Shown: one piece after another, positions 22,936 to 32,980 of the stretch
Numbering within the stretch: the stretch's first letter is position 1
How the letters are laid out: every line of letters begins with the position of its first letter
Source: a virus
Virus record (IMG/VR): IMGVR_UViG_3300045988_173571
Location: 1-41,745 of that record
Direction: 5' to 3' (one strand)
Length of the DNA stretch: 41,745 nucleotides
Notes under the pieces: model-generated
What the model was told of the DNA's origin: nothing
The model's database searches: none
What the model saw: the letters and a program-made list of their open reading frames with translations, nothing else
Program-made: the position numbers and the translations under genes

Positions 22936-25189
22936 TCCTTATTATTGCTGATACACTAAAAGAATATGGTGTATCGTGTTTTATATATATTCTTCCTTCA
23001 TTATTAAATCCGCCACGAATAGGGATTTCTAAATCTCCGCTATAAAGTATTTTGCTTTCATCATCTATTTGCATGTACTCATTGTCATATCGTATATCAT
23101 CTAAACAATCTTTATTTGCTCCTACATAGCCACCATAAGAATTTTGTAAACGTAAGATACATTTTTGTACTGCTTTTTTTCTTGCCTGCATTGTGCCTGT
23201 ATCTTGCGTTGTCATATCAAAATTAGGCTGTTCAATTATCATGGTATAAGGTAGTCCTACATAAGCATTTTTAGTTTGTTTTGGTAAATTTAATTTACCT
23301 TCAGCTACAGTCATTTTATCTAGCAAATAACCATCAGCCATTACATAGACTTCTTTTCCTTCAAGATATTCAAGTCCAGTAAGTTCAGTTGTTGCTTCTT
23401 CAAAAGAATATGTCTTCGTGCAATCTGTCATGATGTGGTCCTGCTGATATGTGCTGTTATTTTCCACGACAAATTGCTCTATATATCTTTTTGTCTGCCC
23501 ATTTATAGTGCGATTGATTACTGCATAGATAACATCATTATTTGCTTGTGCTGTAGATGTTATAGCTTCTATTTTTCCATCTGTTACTATATGCCACCAT
23601 GCGTATACTTTTTGGTCAGGTACATAAGTTAAGCAAATTAAAACTCCATCATCTCGAACAAAGTACAGCACACTATCAGGCTCTTGTGTAAAAGTGCTAT
23701 AGCTTATCTCGTGATTACGAATAAGATGTTTTGCAAGTAGAGTTAAATCCATGCCAATATAGCTATCTGTATCGTAGCTATATCCCATATCTCGAATTAT
23801 GCTACCTCGTCTTTGTACATAAACAATTCTATTGCTCACACGCACAGGAATAGTATCATTACAGCCATAGTTTTGCTGATTTCGTGGGGTGATGTTAGTC
23901 GGTGTTACTGTTTCACCGCCAGATATACTCCACTCATTTCCTTCTGTCATTACCATCAAATCATTGCCTGCGTCTACATGTTTGATGGTATATGCTTTAA
24001 GGTTAATCAAATCTGCTGTTATGGCACTATCATCTGTTACAGTTCCTGCTTCTTTATCTACAGAAAAGTTTCCATAATCTCCTGTCCTACTAAGCCAAAT
24101 ACGTGATGGCTTAGCCGTAGAGCCTGCAAATACTAATCTATCTTGAAAAAACATACAACACATTGGATATCCATTTTGTTTGCTCCATGCAGATAAATAC
24201 CAATCAATTGTTTTTTCAGTAGAGCCTAAAACACTTATACTATCTTGTACCTGTGCTTTTACCTGCTTAGCATTTGTATATTCCGTTATTTTTGCATATC
24301 CAGTATGTGTATATGGATAGCTAGATAAATCTGCTGTACAGCTTCCACTCGTTATATTTAAGACCAATCTCATCAAGCAGTATTCTTCTACGCTTCCGCT
24401 TTCTGTAGGATTATAGTCATCACTACTTGTATACTGTCTTTCTTGTAGCCATGTATCACCATTATCTATAGATTTTTCTATAGTAACGCTACCAGTCCAT
24501 GTCCCATGAGTGATTACTTTCCAGGTATCACCAACGGCAATATTTCCTGATGTACCTGTTGTTTTTTGCGTTACTGTCTTACCTGTGATGCGTTGCTCTA
24601 TTTTTATCCAGTCGCCTACCATATCTGCTGTGAAAGTATCTTTAGTAGCTGTTATGGTTATCGTTCCTGTTGTGCCTGACGGTGTAAGGTAATTATCTTC
24701 ATCTTTATTTAAATCACCAAAAGCAGGTGGGTAAAATTCCATATCTTCAATTCGCCAATCATCTTCTGCATATCGCATAAGCTTTTTGACTTGATATTTT
24801 CCACTGGTGATATAAACTACATCTACAGATTGTACAAATCTTAAATTTGGCAAATCTGCTTCTTCAAATGGCGTTGCAAGTTCCTTATTCAAGTATGTAT
24901 TGCCTTTCCATATGCGAATATATTTGTAGCCAATTTCTAACATATAGGAAAGCTCTACAGTAAAATCAAAGCGAACTAGAATAGATTTTTTGTCGGCATA
25001 CTTAGTTTCTCCACAAAAAATCGTTCCAGTTCGCTTTTGTACAGAACCATAAGGACGTACTACTGCATTTTCTGCTTGTAGTAATGCCATAGAATATTTA
25101 TCTAAATCTATCCTACTTGCAACGTCTTGACTAATTTCACCGCCAGCACAATTTGGCTGTATTACATAAAAATTATTAGGTCCTGCCAT
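22910..25189 (-). CDS. Tail hub / nozzle protein (T7 gp12 / P22 gp10-like position)
   Basis: 759 aa, directly downstream of the adaptor gene. Size and order are typical of podoviral tail tube B/stabilisation proteins. Confidence 0.7.
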   Translation of the reverse strand: MAGPNNFYVIQPNCAGGEISQDVASRIDLDKYSMALLQAENAVVRPYGSVQKRTGTIFCGETKYADKKSILVRFDFTVELSYMLEIGYKYIRIWKGNTYLNKELATPFEEADLPNLRFVQSVDVVYITSGKYQVKKLMRYAEDDWRIEDMEFYPPAFGDLNKDEDNYLTPSGTTGTITITATKDTFTADMVGDWIKIEQRITGKTVTQKTTGTSGNIAVGDTWKVITHGTWTGSVTIEKSIDNGDTWLQERQYTSSDDYNPTESGSVEEYCLMRLVLNITSGSCTADLSSYPYTHTGYAKITEYTNAKQVKAQVQDSISVLGSTEKTIDWYLSAWSKQNGYPMCCMFFQDRLVFAGSTAKPSRIWLSRTGDYGNFSVDKEAGTVTDDSAITADLINLKAYTIKHVDAGNDLMVMTEGNEWSISGGETVTPTNITPRNQQNYGCNDTIPVRVSNRIVYVQRRGSIIRDMGYSYDTDSYIGMDLTLLAKHLIRNHEISYSTFTQEPDSVLYFVRDDGVLICLTYVPDQKVYAWWHIVTDGKIEAITSTAQANNDVIYAVINRTINGQTKRYIEQFVVENNSTYQQDHIMTDCTKTYSFEEATTELTGLEYLEGKEVYVMADGYLLDKMTVAEGKLNLPKQTKNAYVGLPYTMIIEQPNFDMTTQDTGTMQARKKAVQKCILRLQNSYGGYVGANKDCLDDIRYDNEYMQIDDESKILYSGDLEIPIRGGFNNEGRIYIKHDTPYSFSVSAIIRSVTLGSSQ

Positions 25190-25201
25190 TATTTCACCTC
25201 A

Positions 25202-25801
25202 TTAATCTGAAAATCTAGCATTAGCATATTTTAGTGGCCATCTAGGTTTTTGCTGTACTTCCTGTGCTACTGCAAGTTTTGCCGAATTCAAAGCCACTTG
25301 ATACAGCTGATAATTATTAGCCTGTATATTTGTATTTCCTGTAAGCTCTATAGCCATATGACTTGCCAAAAGCCTTGCTAGTGCTTCAATGAATTCTTCG
25401 CTAAATCTTTCTGTATTGGTCAAATCATATGTATATTCACACCATGCATTTTGTACATCTGTAGCTATGCCCTGTGTATCATCACTAAGGCATACAGTTT
25501 CAAATTCACTTCTTTTTGCAGATTTTACTCTTGCTAGTTCTTCAGGAAATATAAATCTTATTCCTAAGCATTTTTGAGGATATGCGTATACATATCCCCA
25601 GCCTGCTACCTTTTCATCAACCTGTGCCAACTGCTCAACTTTTTTCGCAAATCCCCATGTATAACTGCGTAAAACAATTCTTCTGCAATGTTCATAATGT
25701 GTCTTGCAAAGTCTAGCTGTTTGCGTATTATCATTGATACTTAATATGCCTTGATTGCCTAAATAACTAAGTGCCAGATTACATATATCTGTATTATTCA
25801 T
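25202..25801 (-). CDS. Head-to-tail adaptor (T7 gp11 / P22 gp4-like)
   Basis: 199 aa. N-terminal ICNLALSYLGNQG resembles the conserved N-terminus of podoviral adaptor proteins. Assignment also rests on gene order. Confidence 0.6.
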   Translation of the reverse strand: MNNTDICNLALSYLGNQGILSINDNTQTARLCKTHYEHCRRIVLRSYTWGFAKKVEQLAQVDEKVAGWGYVYAYPQKCLGIRFIFPEELARVKSAKRSEFETVCLSDDTQGIATDVQNAWCEYTYDLTNTERFSEEFIEALARLLASHMAIELTGNTNIQANNYQLYQVALNSAKLAVAQEVQQKPRWPLKYANARFSD

Positions 25802-25807
25802 TTTTCT

Positions 25808-26152
25808 CTACCATGCTGTATCTACATCTAATACTAAGCCTGCTGTTACTGTACCGCTTGTATAATCACAAGTAGATTTAAGTCTTAAATATCCTTTATT
25901 TCCTTTTGGTAATTTCACCTTAAAAGATGTACCTGTAAATGTTCCAAGCTCTGTAGGGCTAGACATATCTGATTTATCGCTTGTTTCAATCACAGTAGAT
26001 AAGCTACTGCCACCACCTGCATTTGATGTCATAAATACCACCCATGGTGGCTCTCCTGCTTCGCCTGTACCATAACTAATAACATCTGATTCTAAAGCAG
26101 AATTAGATAACGCTTTTTCTTTAAAAAATAAATTCTCACCATCAAAAATCAT
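25808..26152 (-). CDS. Possible head decoration/cement protein
   Basis: 114-aa beta-rich ORF immediately after the capsid gene. Assigned by position only. Confidence 0.4.
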   Translation of the reverse strand: MIFDGENLFFKEKALSNSALESDVISYGTGEAGEPPWVVFMTSNAGGGSSLSTVIETSDKSDMSSPTELGTFTGTSFKVKLPKGNKGYLRLKSTCDYTSGTVTAGLVLDVDTAW

Positions 26153-26166
26153 TTTTATTCACTCCT

Positions 26167-27189
26167 TTATGCTGTAGCTACTTGTGCTTCTTTTTCCGAG
26201 ATAGCATCACATCTTTCAACTGGTATTCCTCTAAAATACATAGTCGGTGGTTGTCCCATTACTTCTTTCACTGATACATATACATTATTTTTATCTAATT
26301 GATAATTTTCCATAAAAGTATAAACATTATCAGATACATACATTTTGTATTTAATCTTTTTATTATCTAATTGGCGAATAGTATTTTTAGTTTTTACAAG
26401 TTTTTTCATAAATTCAAGAGATTGTGCACTAGTTAAAGTATCAAGTTTTGATACATCAATGTTTCGTAAAAGTGCATTAGAGCGAATATCTTGAACAGAT
26501 AAACCACATTTCCATGTAAATAAAGTTGTTAATGCTCTAAATTTATTACCTTCTTCATCTGTTGCGTCTTGCTCGCCTAAATCCCTTTGGCTTAATCCTG
26601 CACTAGAACCTTGAGGATAAATACCTACAGTATTACGCTGTCCCCAACCTACAATATAAATACTTGTATTTGTGCCAGAACCAGGTGTTCCAGCAGAAAC
26701 AGTTTGATATCCTGCTGTATTTTTTTCACCACCACAAATATTGTATCGAGCAGATAAACCATTAAATTCAAAAGGATTAATTGAAGTATCTCCATAAATC
26801 ATATTTTTTGCTACTGAATTTGCAAAACCTTGTACATATGCTCTATCTTCACTATGTCTAAAAGCTTCACCATTTGGACTTGCTAATGCAATCATTTCTG
26901 TATCAACTTCAGAACGGTCTTCTAAAATGATACAAGTATCTTCAATCTGTCTAGTTGTAGATTTAGAATTTTTTACACCACGGTTAATAAGTCTAATGCT
27001 TGGTTCTGGTAAAGAAGCACGGACAGTTGTTCTATTACCTGTTTTTAAATTACCTGCAATCCAAACGGCATCATCTACAATTGGATTAACTCCCTCTAAA
27101 GCTTCAATGATATCCGCTACACTATTATCTGGATTAATTCGTTTTCTATAATCTGCAAGCGTTAACGCTTCCATTCCTAATACTGCCAT
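26167..27189 (-). CDS. Major capsid protein
   Basis: 340 aa, directly after the scaffold gene. Size and order are typical of HK97-fold capsid proteins. Confidence 0.75.
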   Translation of the reverse strand: MAVLGMEALTLADYRKRINPDNSVADIIEALEGVNPIVDDAVWIAGNLKTGNRTTVRASLPEPSIRLINRGVKNSKSTTRQIEDTCIILEDRSEVDTEMIALASPNGEAFRHSEDRAYVQGFANSVAKNMIYGDTSINPFEFNGLSARYNICGGEKNTAGYQTVSAGTPGSGTNTSIYIVGWGQRNTVGIYPQGSSAGLSQRDLGEQDATDEEGNKFRALTTLFTWKCGLSVQDIRSNALLRNIDVSKLDTLTSAQSLEFMKKLVKTKNTIRQLDNKKIKYKMYVSDNVYTFMENYQLDKNNVYVSVKEVMGQPPTMYFRGIPVERCDAISEKEAQVATA

Positions 27190-27201
27190 TTTTCATCACT
27201 C

Positions 27202-27897
27202 CTATTTATACATATCAAAATTTGTATTTGGATATAAATTTGTTTTTCCTCCTACTCCGCCAGTACCTTCTACTCTTGGAGTATCTTCACCGACTAGATT
27301 TCCCATATAGGCTAATAGCTGTATAGCTTCGATACGATTTCCTACACCTGTTTCATTTAAAAAGTTCACTAGGTTTGGTATAGGTGCTTGATTAGTCTGT
27401 GGATTTACTCTTGTCAATGCTTCGATTGCCTTACCTGCACTAGACAAATACTCTGGATATCGTCCGCCAAGTTCTTGCTTGGCTTGTTCTGCCCAGCCTT
27501 GTATAGTTTGTTCATGTTGTGCTTCAATTTGTTGGGCTACTTGCTGGGCATACTCAATACCAAAGCTACCGATTTTATTAGCCTGCTCTTGCGTTAGATT
27601 GCAACTTTTAGCAATCTCGGCAAAATTATTGCTAACTGTTTCATCAAGCATTGCACCTTCAGGAATAATACTTGTGAAGTCGTATTGTTCAGGTACAGTA
27701 GCCCCTTGCGTATTATCGTCTTTATCATCTGTTTTTGATGTCGGTGGCTGTGCTGGGTCTTGATTTGTCTGTGTGCCAATACCGCCAAGAATTGTAGTAT
27801 TAGGTTCAGTGCCACCTTGACCACTGCCATTATCACTAGTAGCAGGTTCTACTCCGCCAACATCTTCAGCAAATAGCTGTAAATCAAAATTATCCAT
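27202..27897 (-). CDS. Scaffolding protein
   Basis: Start reset to ATG 27897 (MDNFDLQLFA..., an N-terminus typical of Firmicutes phage scaffold proteins), just after the upstream stop at 27899. Acidic, Gln-rich and helical. Confidence 0.7.
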   Translation of the reverse strand: MDNFDLQLFAEDVGGVEPATSDNGSGQGGTEPNTTILGGIGTQTNQDPAQPPTSKTDDKDDNTQGATVPEQYDFTSIIPEGAMLDETVSNNFAEIAKSCNLTQEQANKIGSFGIEYAQQVAQQIEAQHEQTIQGWAEQAKQELGGRYPEYLSSAGKAIEALTRVNPQTNQAPIPNLVNFLNETGVGNRIEAIQLLAYMGNLVGEDTPRVEGTGGVGGKTNLYPNTNFDMYK

Positions 27898-27898
27898 T

Positions 27899-28330
27899 TT
27901 ATTTATCCCCTTTAAATCCACATTTAGCACATAACCATAAGAAGCCTAAAAAATCCCATACTTTATTTTCTATTTTCTTCATGCAGATTTGTTCACCAAT
28001 TTTCATATCAAAATTTTTAGCATCTATCGGTGAGCTTGTTTCTTCTATCGTAAAATTATTTTTTAATTTTACCTGTGTAATAGTTGTTTTTTCTCCTATT
28101 TGGCAAGACTCTACTTTATCAATGAAATTATTAACATCTTCTTGTGTTACAGTATCTTCTTTTTGCATTTCTAAATACTGGGCTTCAAAGATATCTTTAG
28201 GACACCAAGATACATAACCATCAGGATAATAAATTTTATATCCTTCATCACCTTCTTTATGACCTTTGAAGTCTTTCCATGCCTTACAAGGTTCTGCTTT
28301 CACTATTTTTACGCTAATATAATTATTCAT
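27899..28330 (-). CDS. N4 gp49 / Sf6 gp66-family protein
   Basis: The C-terminal half ...TITQVKLKNNFTIEETSSPIDAKNFDMKIGEQICMKKIENKVWDFLGF fits the Phage_gp49_66 pattern. ATG 28330 has RBS aaggaa. Confidence 0.6.
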   Translation of the reverse strand: MNNYISVKIVKAEPCKAWKDFKGHKEGDEGYKIYYPDGYVSWCPKDIFEAQYLEMQKEDTVTQEDVNNFIDKVESCQIGEKTTITQVKLKNNFTIEETSSPIDAKNFDMKIGEQICMKKIENKVWDFLGFLWLCAKCGFKGDK

Positions 28331-28332
28331 TT

Positions 28333-28947
28333 TTACCATTCCTTATCTACATCTATTAAACTTGATAGATATGTTTTATATTGTTCATATTCATTTATGG
28401 CTAACTGCTTCTTTTGTAGTTGGTTAAATTTTGTTATTAATTTGTTTAGACAAAACGCTACTTGTCTTTCGCCTTCCCATTTATACAGGTAATCTGTTTT
28501 GGTGATATCTGCATAAGGTAAGGCTGTTATGTGGCAATAATTATATAATCTTGCCAGGAACCAACGTCCATTTTTATCGTTAAGTATATAGTCCATAGCC
28601 TCTTTTAATCTTCTTTTTTCGCCTAGCTTGTTTCTAAGATACTTAATAATATTTTTTGGTCGTTGGTTTTCTGTTTCCATCAATTCAAAATTCTTGGCCA
28701 CTTGTTTATTTTTTTTGGCCAACTCATAAATTGAGTTATAAGTGGCAAGTGCTATTTGTCTTTTACCTTCATTTTTAAGCATTTTCGCTTTTAAAATACT
28801 GTAGGTAGTTGTATTTATTTTGCAGTATGCAAACAACCATGATAAAAAATATCTTCCTTGTGGTTGTTCCAACATGTAACTTATGGCACTTATATCATTT
28901 TCTAATAACTTTTGAGCTATTACCTTTTGTTTTGCTGTATCCATCAT
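28333..28947 (-). CDS. Protein made of two tandem copies of a ~95-aa domain (Bbp19-like?)
   Basis: QGRYFLSWLFAYCKINTTTY...EGKRQIALATYNSI is repeated as NGRWFLARLYNYCHITALPY...EGERQVAFCLNKLI. Confidence 0.6.
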   Translation of the reverse strand: MMDTAKQKVIAQKLLENDISAISYMLEQPQGRYFLSWLFAYCKINTTTYSILKAKMLKNEGKRQIALATYNSIYELAKKNKQVAKNFELMETENQRPKNIIKYLRNKLGEKRRLKEAMDYILNDKNGRWFLARLYNYCHITALPYADITKTDYLYKWEGERQVAFCLNKLITKFNQLQKKQLAINEYEQYKTYLSSLIDVDKEW

Positions 28948-30695
28948 GTTCCACCAATCCCCAAAAATTGTTGAAGTGCTGGATTTCCGTCGTTTGCCGC
29001 TTCGGTTGCATTCTTAGCAGCTTGTGCCGCTGGAACTGCTGCTTGTATCATATTCATTGCATTTTGTTCCGCTTCTTGTTTTTGTGCCTGCTGTTGCAAT
29101 CCTTGCATTATCTGATTGTATTCATCATCAGTGCGACGAATTGTAGATGGTGCCCCTAGCATTTCAAAATAACGATTTAACGCTTCCACAAAATTAAATT
29201 TGTGTAGTATATTTGGATCGCCTTGTGCTAGTTGCATTACAAATGCATAAGCCTGCTCGATATTGACAAGTCCACTCATTTTCTGGGCTTGTGCGAGTGG
29301 TGAGATATATTCAATTTTTATTTCTTCACCATTTAAGATTTCTTGCATGTCAGGGTCTTCAATTGGTGGGAAAATCCCTGCACGGTCTAGGATATTATAG
29401 ACACGTTCGATTATTGGACTTAAAAACTCAAATTGTAATCTTTCGACTACAGGGCCTAATTGTTGCAAATTTTCTTGTGTTCTTGCTATTGTTTCACGAG
29501 CTGTCATATTTTTATCATTTTGAGCTTGTGTAAACATACGGAACAAATCTGCACTATAAGCTCGTTTTACTCTTTCCTCTAACTGTTGTATTTTTTCATG
29601 TAGATGCTGTAAATTGACACCGACTTGAAATAATGGCTTTATCCCGTCTTCTGTTTCCGTCACATTGAAACTACCTGGAGCGAGATTGACACCTTTCATT
29701 GCTGTATTTGCACTGCCTTGCATTGGTGGTTTTACTCCTAATTCCACCGCCACTAAATCGTCTTTTTCTAATACCTGCAATGACCTATTATCTGCTTCTG
29801 CAAACCAGCCAGGTGCTTTAGCATACGTTTCATTGCCATTGACTAGATATCTAGCTACAGGAGCAGGGAACTCCTGAAATCCGCCAATACTCAACCATTC
29901 ATTTTCTTCGGCTTCATCTAGCCAATATACAGAAATAAACGGCATGTGAAATTTATCTATTTTATTGGCATCTGCCATGCGATTAGGTTCTACAAGCCAG
30001 TTAACAGTATATTTAGCATCTACCGATTGATTATTTTTTAAATTGTTTTGTATTATCTGTGGCAATACCTCAATACCGAATTTATCTTGCAGTTGCAGTG
30101 CTGTCATTTTTGTTTTTACCAGTATAGTATTTACATTTCTATCTGGGCCCTGCTCGATATAATACGTACCTATGGTATATGGCACAAAATGTACACCTGT
30201 TTTAGAGTCTGGGAAAATAGACAATACCGCTTGACCAAAAGCGATTTCAAGATAATCAGAATGTATTGCATTGTAAAAATTAGATTTATTTAGTACGTCA
30301 TTTAATATTTCAAGCCTTTGGTCAAGTATTGCCCCAAAATTAGAATTGTCGCTTAGCTCTCTATTTGTGAAAGCTAATCGAAACCATTGACGTGATGGTG
30401 GTGTTAATCCACTCATCAAACCTGATGCGAAAATTATATTTGACTCCCATGCCACCCCATTATAAATTTTGGTATCACGACGGCGAGCATAGTTCGTACT
30501 ATCTTCCGTATCATCAAAGTATCCTATATGTGGCAGTTGATAATCTCTTATATTTTTCCATCTTTTTTCATAATCATATCTTGCAGATTCTAGCTGTTTT
30601 ATTTTCTGCTTATATCTTCTTTTGTCCAGCTTAAGTCTTGTAGCTACATCATTTACATTAACCAATGAATTTACTATAGATTGTAGATTTAACAT
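28944..30695 (-). CDS. Portal protein (podoviral head-to-tail connector)
   Basis: 583 aa, downstream of terL, with a Gln/Ala-rich C-terminal tail. Size and order are typical. Confidence 0.85.
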   Translation of the reverse strand: MLNLQSIVNSLVNVNDVATRLKLDKRRYKQKIKQLESARYDYEKRWKNIRDYQLPHIGYFDDTEDSTNYARRRDTKIYNGVAWESNIIFASGLMSGLTPPSRQWFRLAFTNRELSDNSNFGAILDQRLEILNDVLNKSNFYNAIHSDYLEIAFGQAVLSIFPDSKTGVHFVPYTIGTYYIEQGPDRNVNTILVKTKMTALQLQDKFGIEVLPQIIQNNLKNNQSVDAKYTVNWLVEPNRMADANKIDKFHMPFISVYWLDEAEENEWLSIGGFQEFPAPVARYLVNGNETYAKAPGWFAEADNRSLQVLEKDDLVAVELGVKPPMQGSANTAMKGVNLAPGSFNVTETEDGIKPLFQVGVNLQHLHEKIQQLEERVKRAYSADLFRMFTQAQNDKNMTARETIARTQENLQQLGPVVERLQFEFLSPIIERVYNILDRAGIFPPIEDPDMQEILNGEEIKIEYISPLAQAQKMSGLVNIEQAYAFVMQLAQGDPNILHKFNFVEALNRYFEMLGAPSTIRRTDDEYNQIMQGLQQQAQKQEAEQNAMNMIQAAVPAAQAAKNATEAANDGNPALQQFLGIGGT

Positions 30696-30699
30696 TTCA

Positions 30700-30930
30700 T
30701 CACCCTAATGTTTGTCTGCCAGTAGCATTACTTACTAATTCGCCGAGAGTAGTATTTCTATCTGCACTTAAATAGTTAGAAGAAATACCACGTTTTTTAC
30801 GTTGTTTAGTATTTGCTTGTTGCTGGGCTGATGTAGTAGATGTAGTAACATCTGTTACTTGAGTTGGCAATGGGTCTGATTTTTGTACTGTAGTTGTTGT
30901 ACCGCCTCCGCCTGTACACATATCTTTCAC
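30700..30930 (-). CDS. Hypothetical Thr/Gly-rich small protein
   Basis: 76-aa ORF tightly packed between terL and the portal gene. Confidence 0.45.
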   Translation of the reverse strand: MKDMCTGGGGTTTTVQKSDPLPTQVTDVTTSTTSAQQQANTKQRKKRGISSNYLSADRNTTLGELVSNATGRQTLG

Positions 30931-30944
30931 CTTCTTTCTAAAGA

Positions 30945-32405
30945 TTAAAAGTCTGCAAATGGGTCATAATCTGTATTGCATTTTGTTATTCTTTGGCTTT
31001 TCTTAACAACATTGATTGCAAATGTAAGTGCTAATGCGTCTGCTCTGTTTGGTGAAGCCAATCCTCTTTTTTTCATGGATTCTTTACTTTCAAGTAAGAT
31101 TTCGCCTTTACTATTTATCGTGTATTCTGGGGACGTTAAATCATCTTTTAATTGTTGGTCATCTTCGATAGCCCCGCCATCTATTAACCACTGCTTTGTT
31201 TCTCCCCATATCTCTGCACGCTTATTGGCAAATCCTTTCTTATCCGCTTTAGAACCAAACTGGATTAAATTCCAACTTCTGCCCATGCTAAGACCTGCAC
31301 TATAGATACCAGTACCATAGCCAAAATCTATATTTACGGCATCAGCTTTATACTCATCTTCAAACTTAGCTATAATGTTAGCCATTCGCATATCATCATC
31401 ATTTTTTTGATATTCGCCTAGCAGTTTGCAATATAGCCCTTGTCTTAAATAAATATCCGTTGTATCTCCGCCAGTCCATGCAGGGTCAACACCAATTATC
31501 ACAGGTGCAAACGATACTTGATATTCAAGTATTTTTCTTTTGCTTGCTTCATCAACGATTTTCCTAGGTATAAACTGGTATTCACTAGCATTAGGGAATA
31601 AGCCTCGTACACGCACTCTGACAAAGTCGCTATCTTCACCATAAGTGTCAACCCATTGCTGAAGCTGTTCTTTATTAGATATATCTACAGTTCGGCTATC
31701 TATTTGCCTACATTTCCAAAGATTTCTATGCTTATGGAAACACTCAAAAAACCTTCCTGTATTTCTTGTACCATTTCCAAAAACACACCAGATAATCTGT
31801 GTATCTTTATCTGTTAAAGCACCTTCTGCTACTTCCCAGATTAAGTTTTCAATCGCTGAACCTTCATCGAAAACAAGCAAAATTCTTTTCCCTTGATTGT
31901 GTAGACCTGCGAAAGCTTCGGAATTTTCCTTGCTCCATGGTATAGCGTTTGCTTGCCACGTTTTTTGATGAGCAAATTCTTTTGTAGTAAGTGTAGTAGC
32001 CGTACAGATAAACAAATCTTTTAAAATAAATTTATGAAACCACTTTTGAACTTCTGGCCATGTTTTAGATTTTAGCTGGCTATCTGTATTTGCTGTAACT
32101 ACTGCCCTACTATCTGGATAAGTAGTTATGGACCATAATAAAATCCATGCCACCAAAGCAGACTTACCGATACCATGTCCACTAGATACTGCTATTCTTA
32201 TAGCTGTTTTAGTAGTGAGTAAGTTATCTTTTATATCCTGCAATATATCAAGTTGCCATTCTTGCGGTGATTTTCCTTTTAGCGTTGGGTCATGTTCCCA
32301 GTCAAACGCTGCTTTCACAAATCCTACTGGGTCATTGGTAAAACGTGCCAAAAAATCCAAAGCAGAATTTAATTCATCTTTTGTTTTTATCTCAAAATCA
32401 TTCAT
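30945..32405 (-). CDS. terL: Terminase large subunit
   Basis: Walker A SSGHGIGKS, Walker B ILLVFDEGS, and a nuclease-domain IGVDPAWTGGD motif. Confidence 0.92.
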   Translation of the reverse strand: MNDFEIKTKDELNSALDFLARFTNDPVGFVKAAFDWEHDPTLKGKSPQEWQLDILQDIKDNLLTTKTAIRIAVSSGHGIGKSALVAWILLWSITTYPDSRAVVTANTDSQLKSKTWPEVQKWFHKFILKDLFICTATTLTTKEFAHQKTWQANAIPWSKENSEAFAGLHNQGKRILLVFDEGSAIENLIWEVAEGALTDKDTQIIWCVFGNGTRNTGRFFECFHKHRNLWKCRQIDSRTVDISNKEQLQQWVDTYGEDSDFVRVRVRGLFPNASEYQFIPRKIVDEASKRKILEYQVSFAPVIIGVDPAWTGGDTTDIYLRQGLYCKLLGEYQKNDDDMRMANIIAKFEDEYKADAVNIDFGYGTGIYSAGLSMGRSWNLIQFGSKADKKGFANKRAEIWGETKQWLIDGGAIEDDQQLKDDLTSPEYTINSKGEILLESKESMKKRGLASPNRADALALTFAINVVKKSQRITKCNTDYDPFADF

Positions 32406-32868
32406 CTGCTTTTCTTATCCTTTCCGCCAAAGCGTCTGTTAAGTTTTCATTTTTTACAGTTATATCTGTCTTAACAGTGCTATCCACAACTTGCTTATAT
32501 TTTTCTGGGCAATTAGCTCTAAGTAACATCTGTAGCAAAGTATCAGAGTATTCTTTTTCAGTCGCTATTTCTTCGCCTTTATAATAGATGCCTTTATTAA
32601 TTCCCTTTACTGCCCTTCTATAAGCTTCATCTTCTAGTAGTGATGTAACCATTGGTCTTGCTTCTTGCGTATATGCTTTTCTAAATAGTTCATCATTTCT
32701 AAGCCAACTATAAAAAGTAGTTCGTGATATTTTTCTTTTTTTACAGGTGTCTGTTACAGAGCCACACAATACATATTCATTTAGCCATTTATTTTTATCA
32801 GACTTATTTTTAATCTTTATATTTTTATCGAAAAACTGATATTGATATAAAGATTTTGTTGCTGGCAT
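32398..32868 (-). CDS. terS: Terminase small subunit (HTH type)
   Basis: AGGAGG lies 5 nt before ATG 32868. ...CKKRKISRTTFYSWLRNDELFRKAY...LLEDEAYRRAVKG... is typical of HTH small terminases. Overlaps terL by 8 nt. Confidence 0.75.
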   Translation of the reverse strand: MPATKSLYQYQFFDKNIKIKNKSDKNKWLNEYVLCGSVTDTCKKRKISRTTFYSWLRNDELFRKAYTQEARPMVTSLLEDEAYRRAVKGINKGIYYKGEEIATEKEYSDTLLQMLLRANCPEKYKQVVDSTVKTDITVKNENLTDALAERIRKADE

Positions 32869-32879
32869 AAACACCTCCT

Positions 32880-32956
32880 AGATATAAAAAACCGCTACCA
32901 ATATTAAATTACTAGTAGCGGTTAACCATTACTGTTTTTAGCTTCCAAAATGTCAA
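32880..32956 (-). promoter_or_regulatory. Late regulatory element, copy B: TTGACA...AGTAAT followed by a leader hairpin and T6, upstream of terS
   Basis: Minus strand reads TTGACATTTTGGAAGCTAAAAACAGTAAT..AACCGCTAC-16nt-GTAGCGGTT-TTTTAT. A near-duplicate lies at 5205..5282. Confidence 0.55.
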
Positions 32957-32980
32957 CAAAAAAGTAAAGAGGTTTTTTAT

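Noticed and set aside
27388-27836. Alternative-frame ORFs within the scaffold gene (27388..27597 +, 27479..27763 +, 27594..27836 -).
   Set aside because: They are embedded in a well-supported gene, lack an RBS and give atypical translations.
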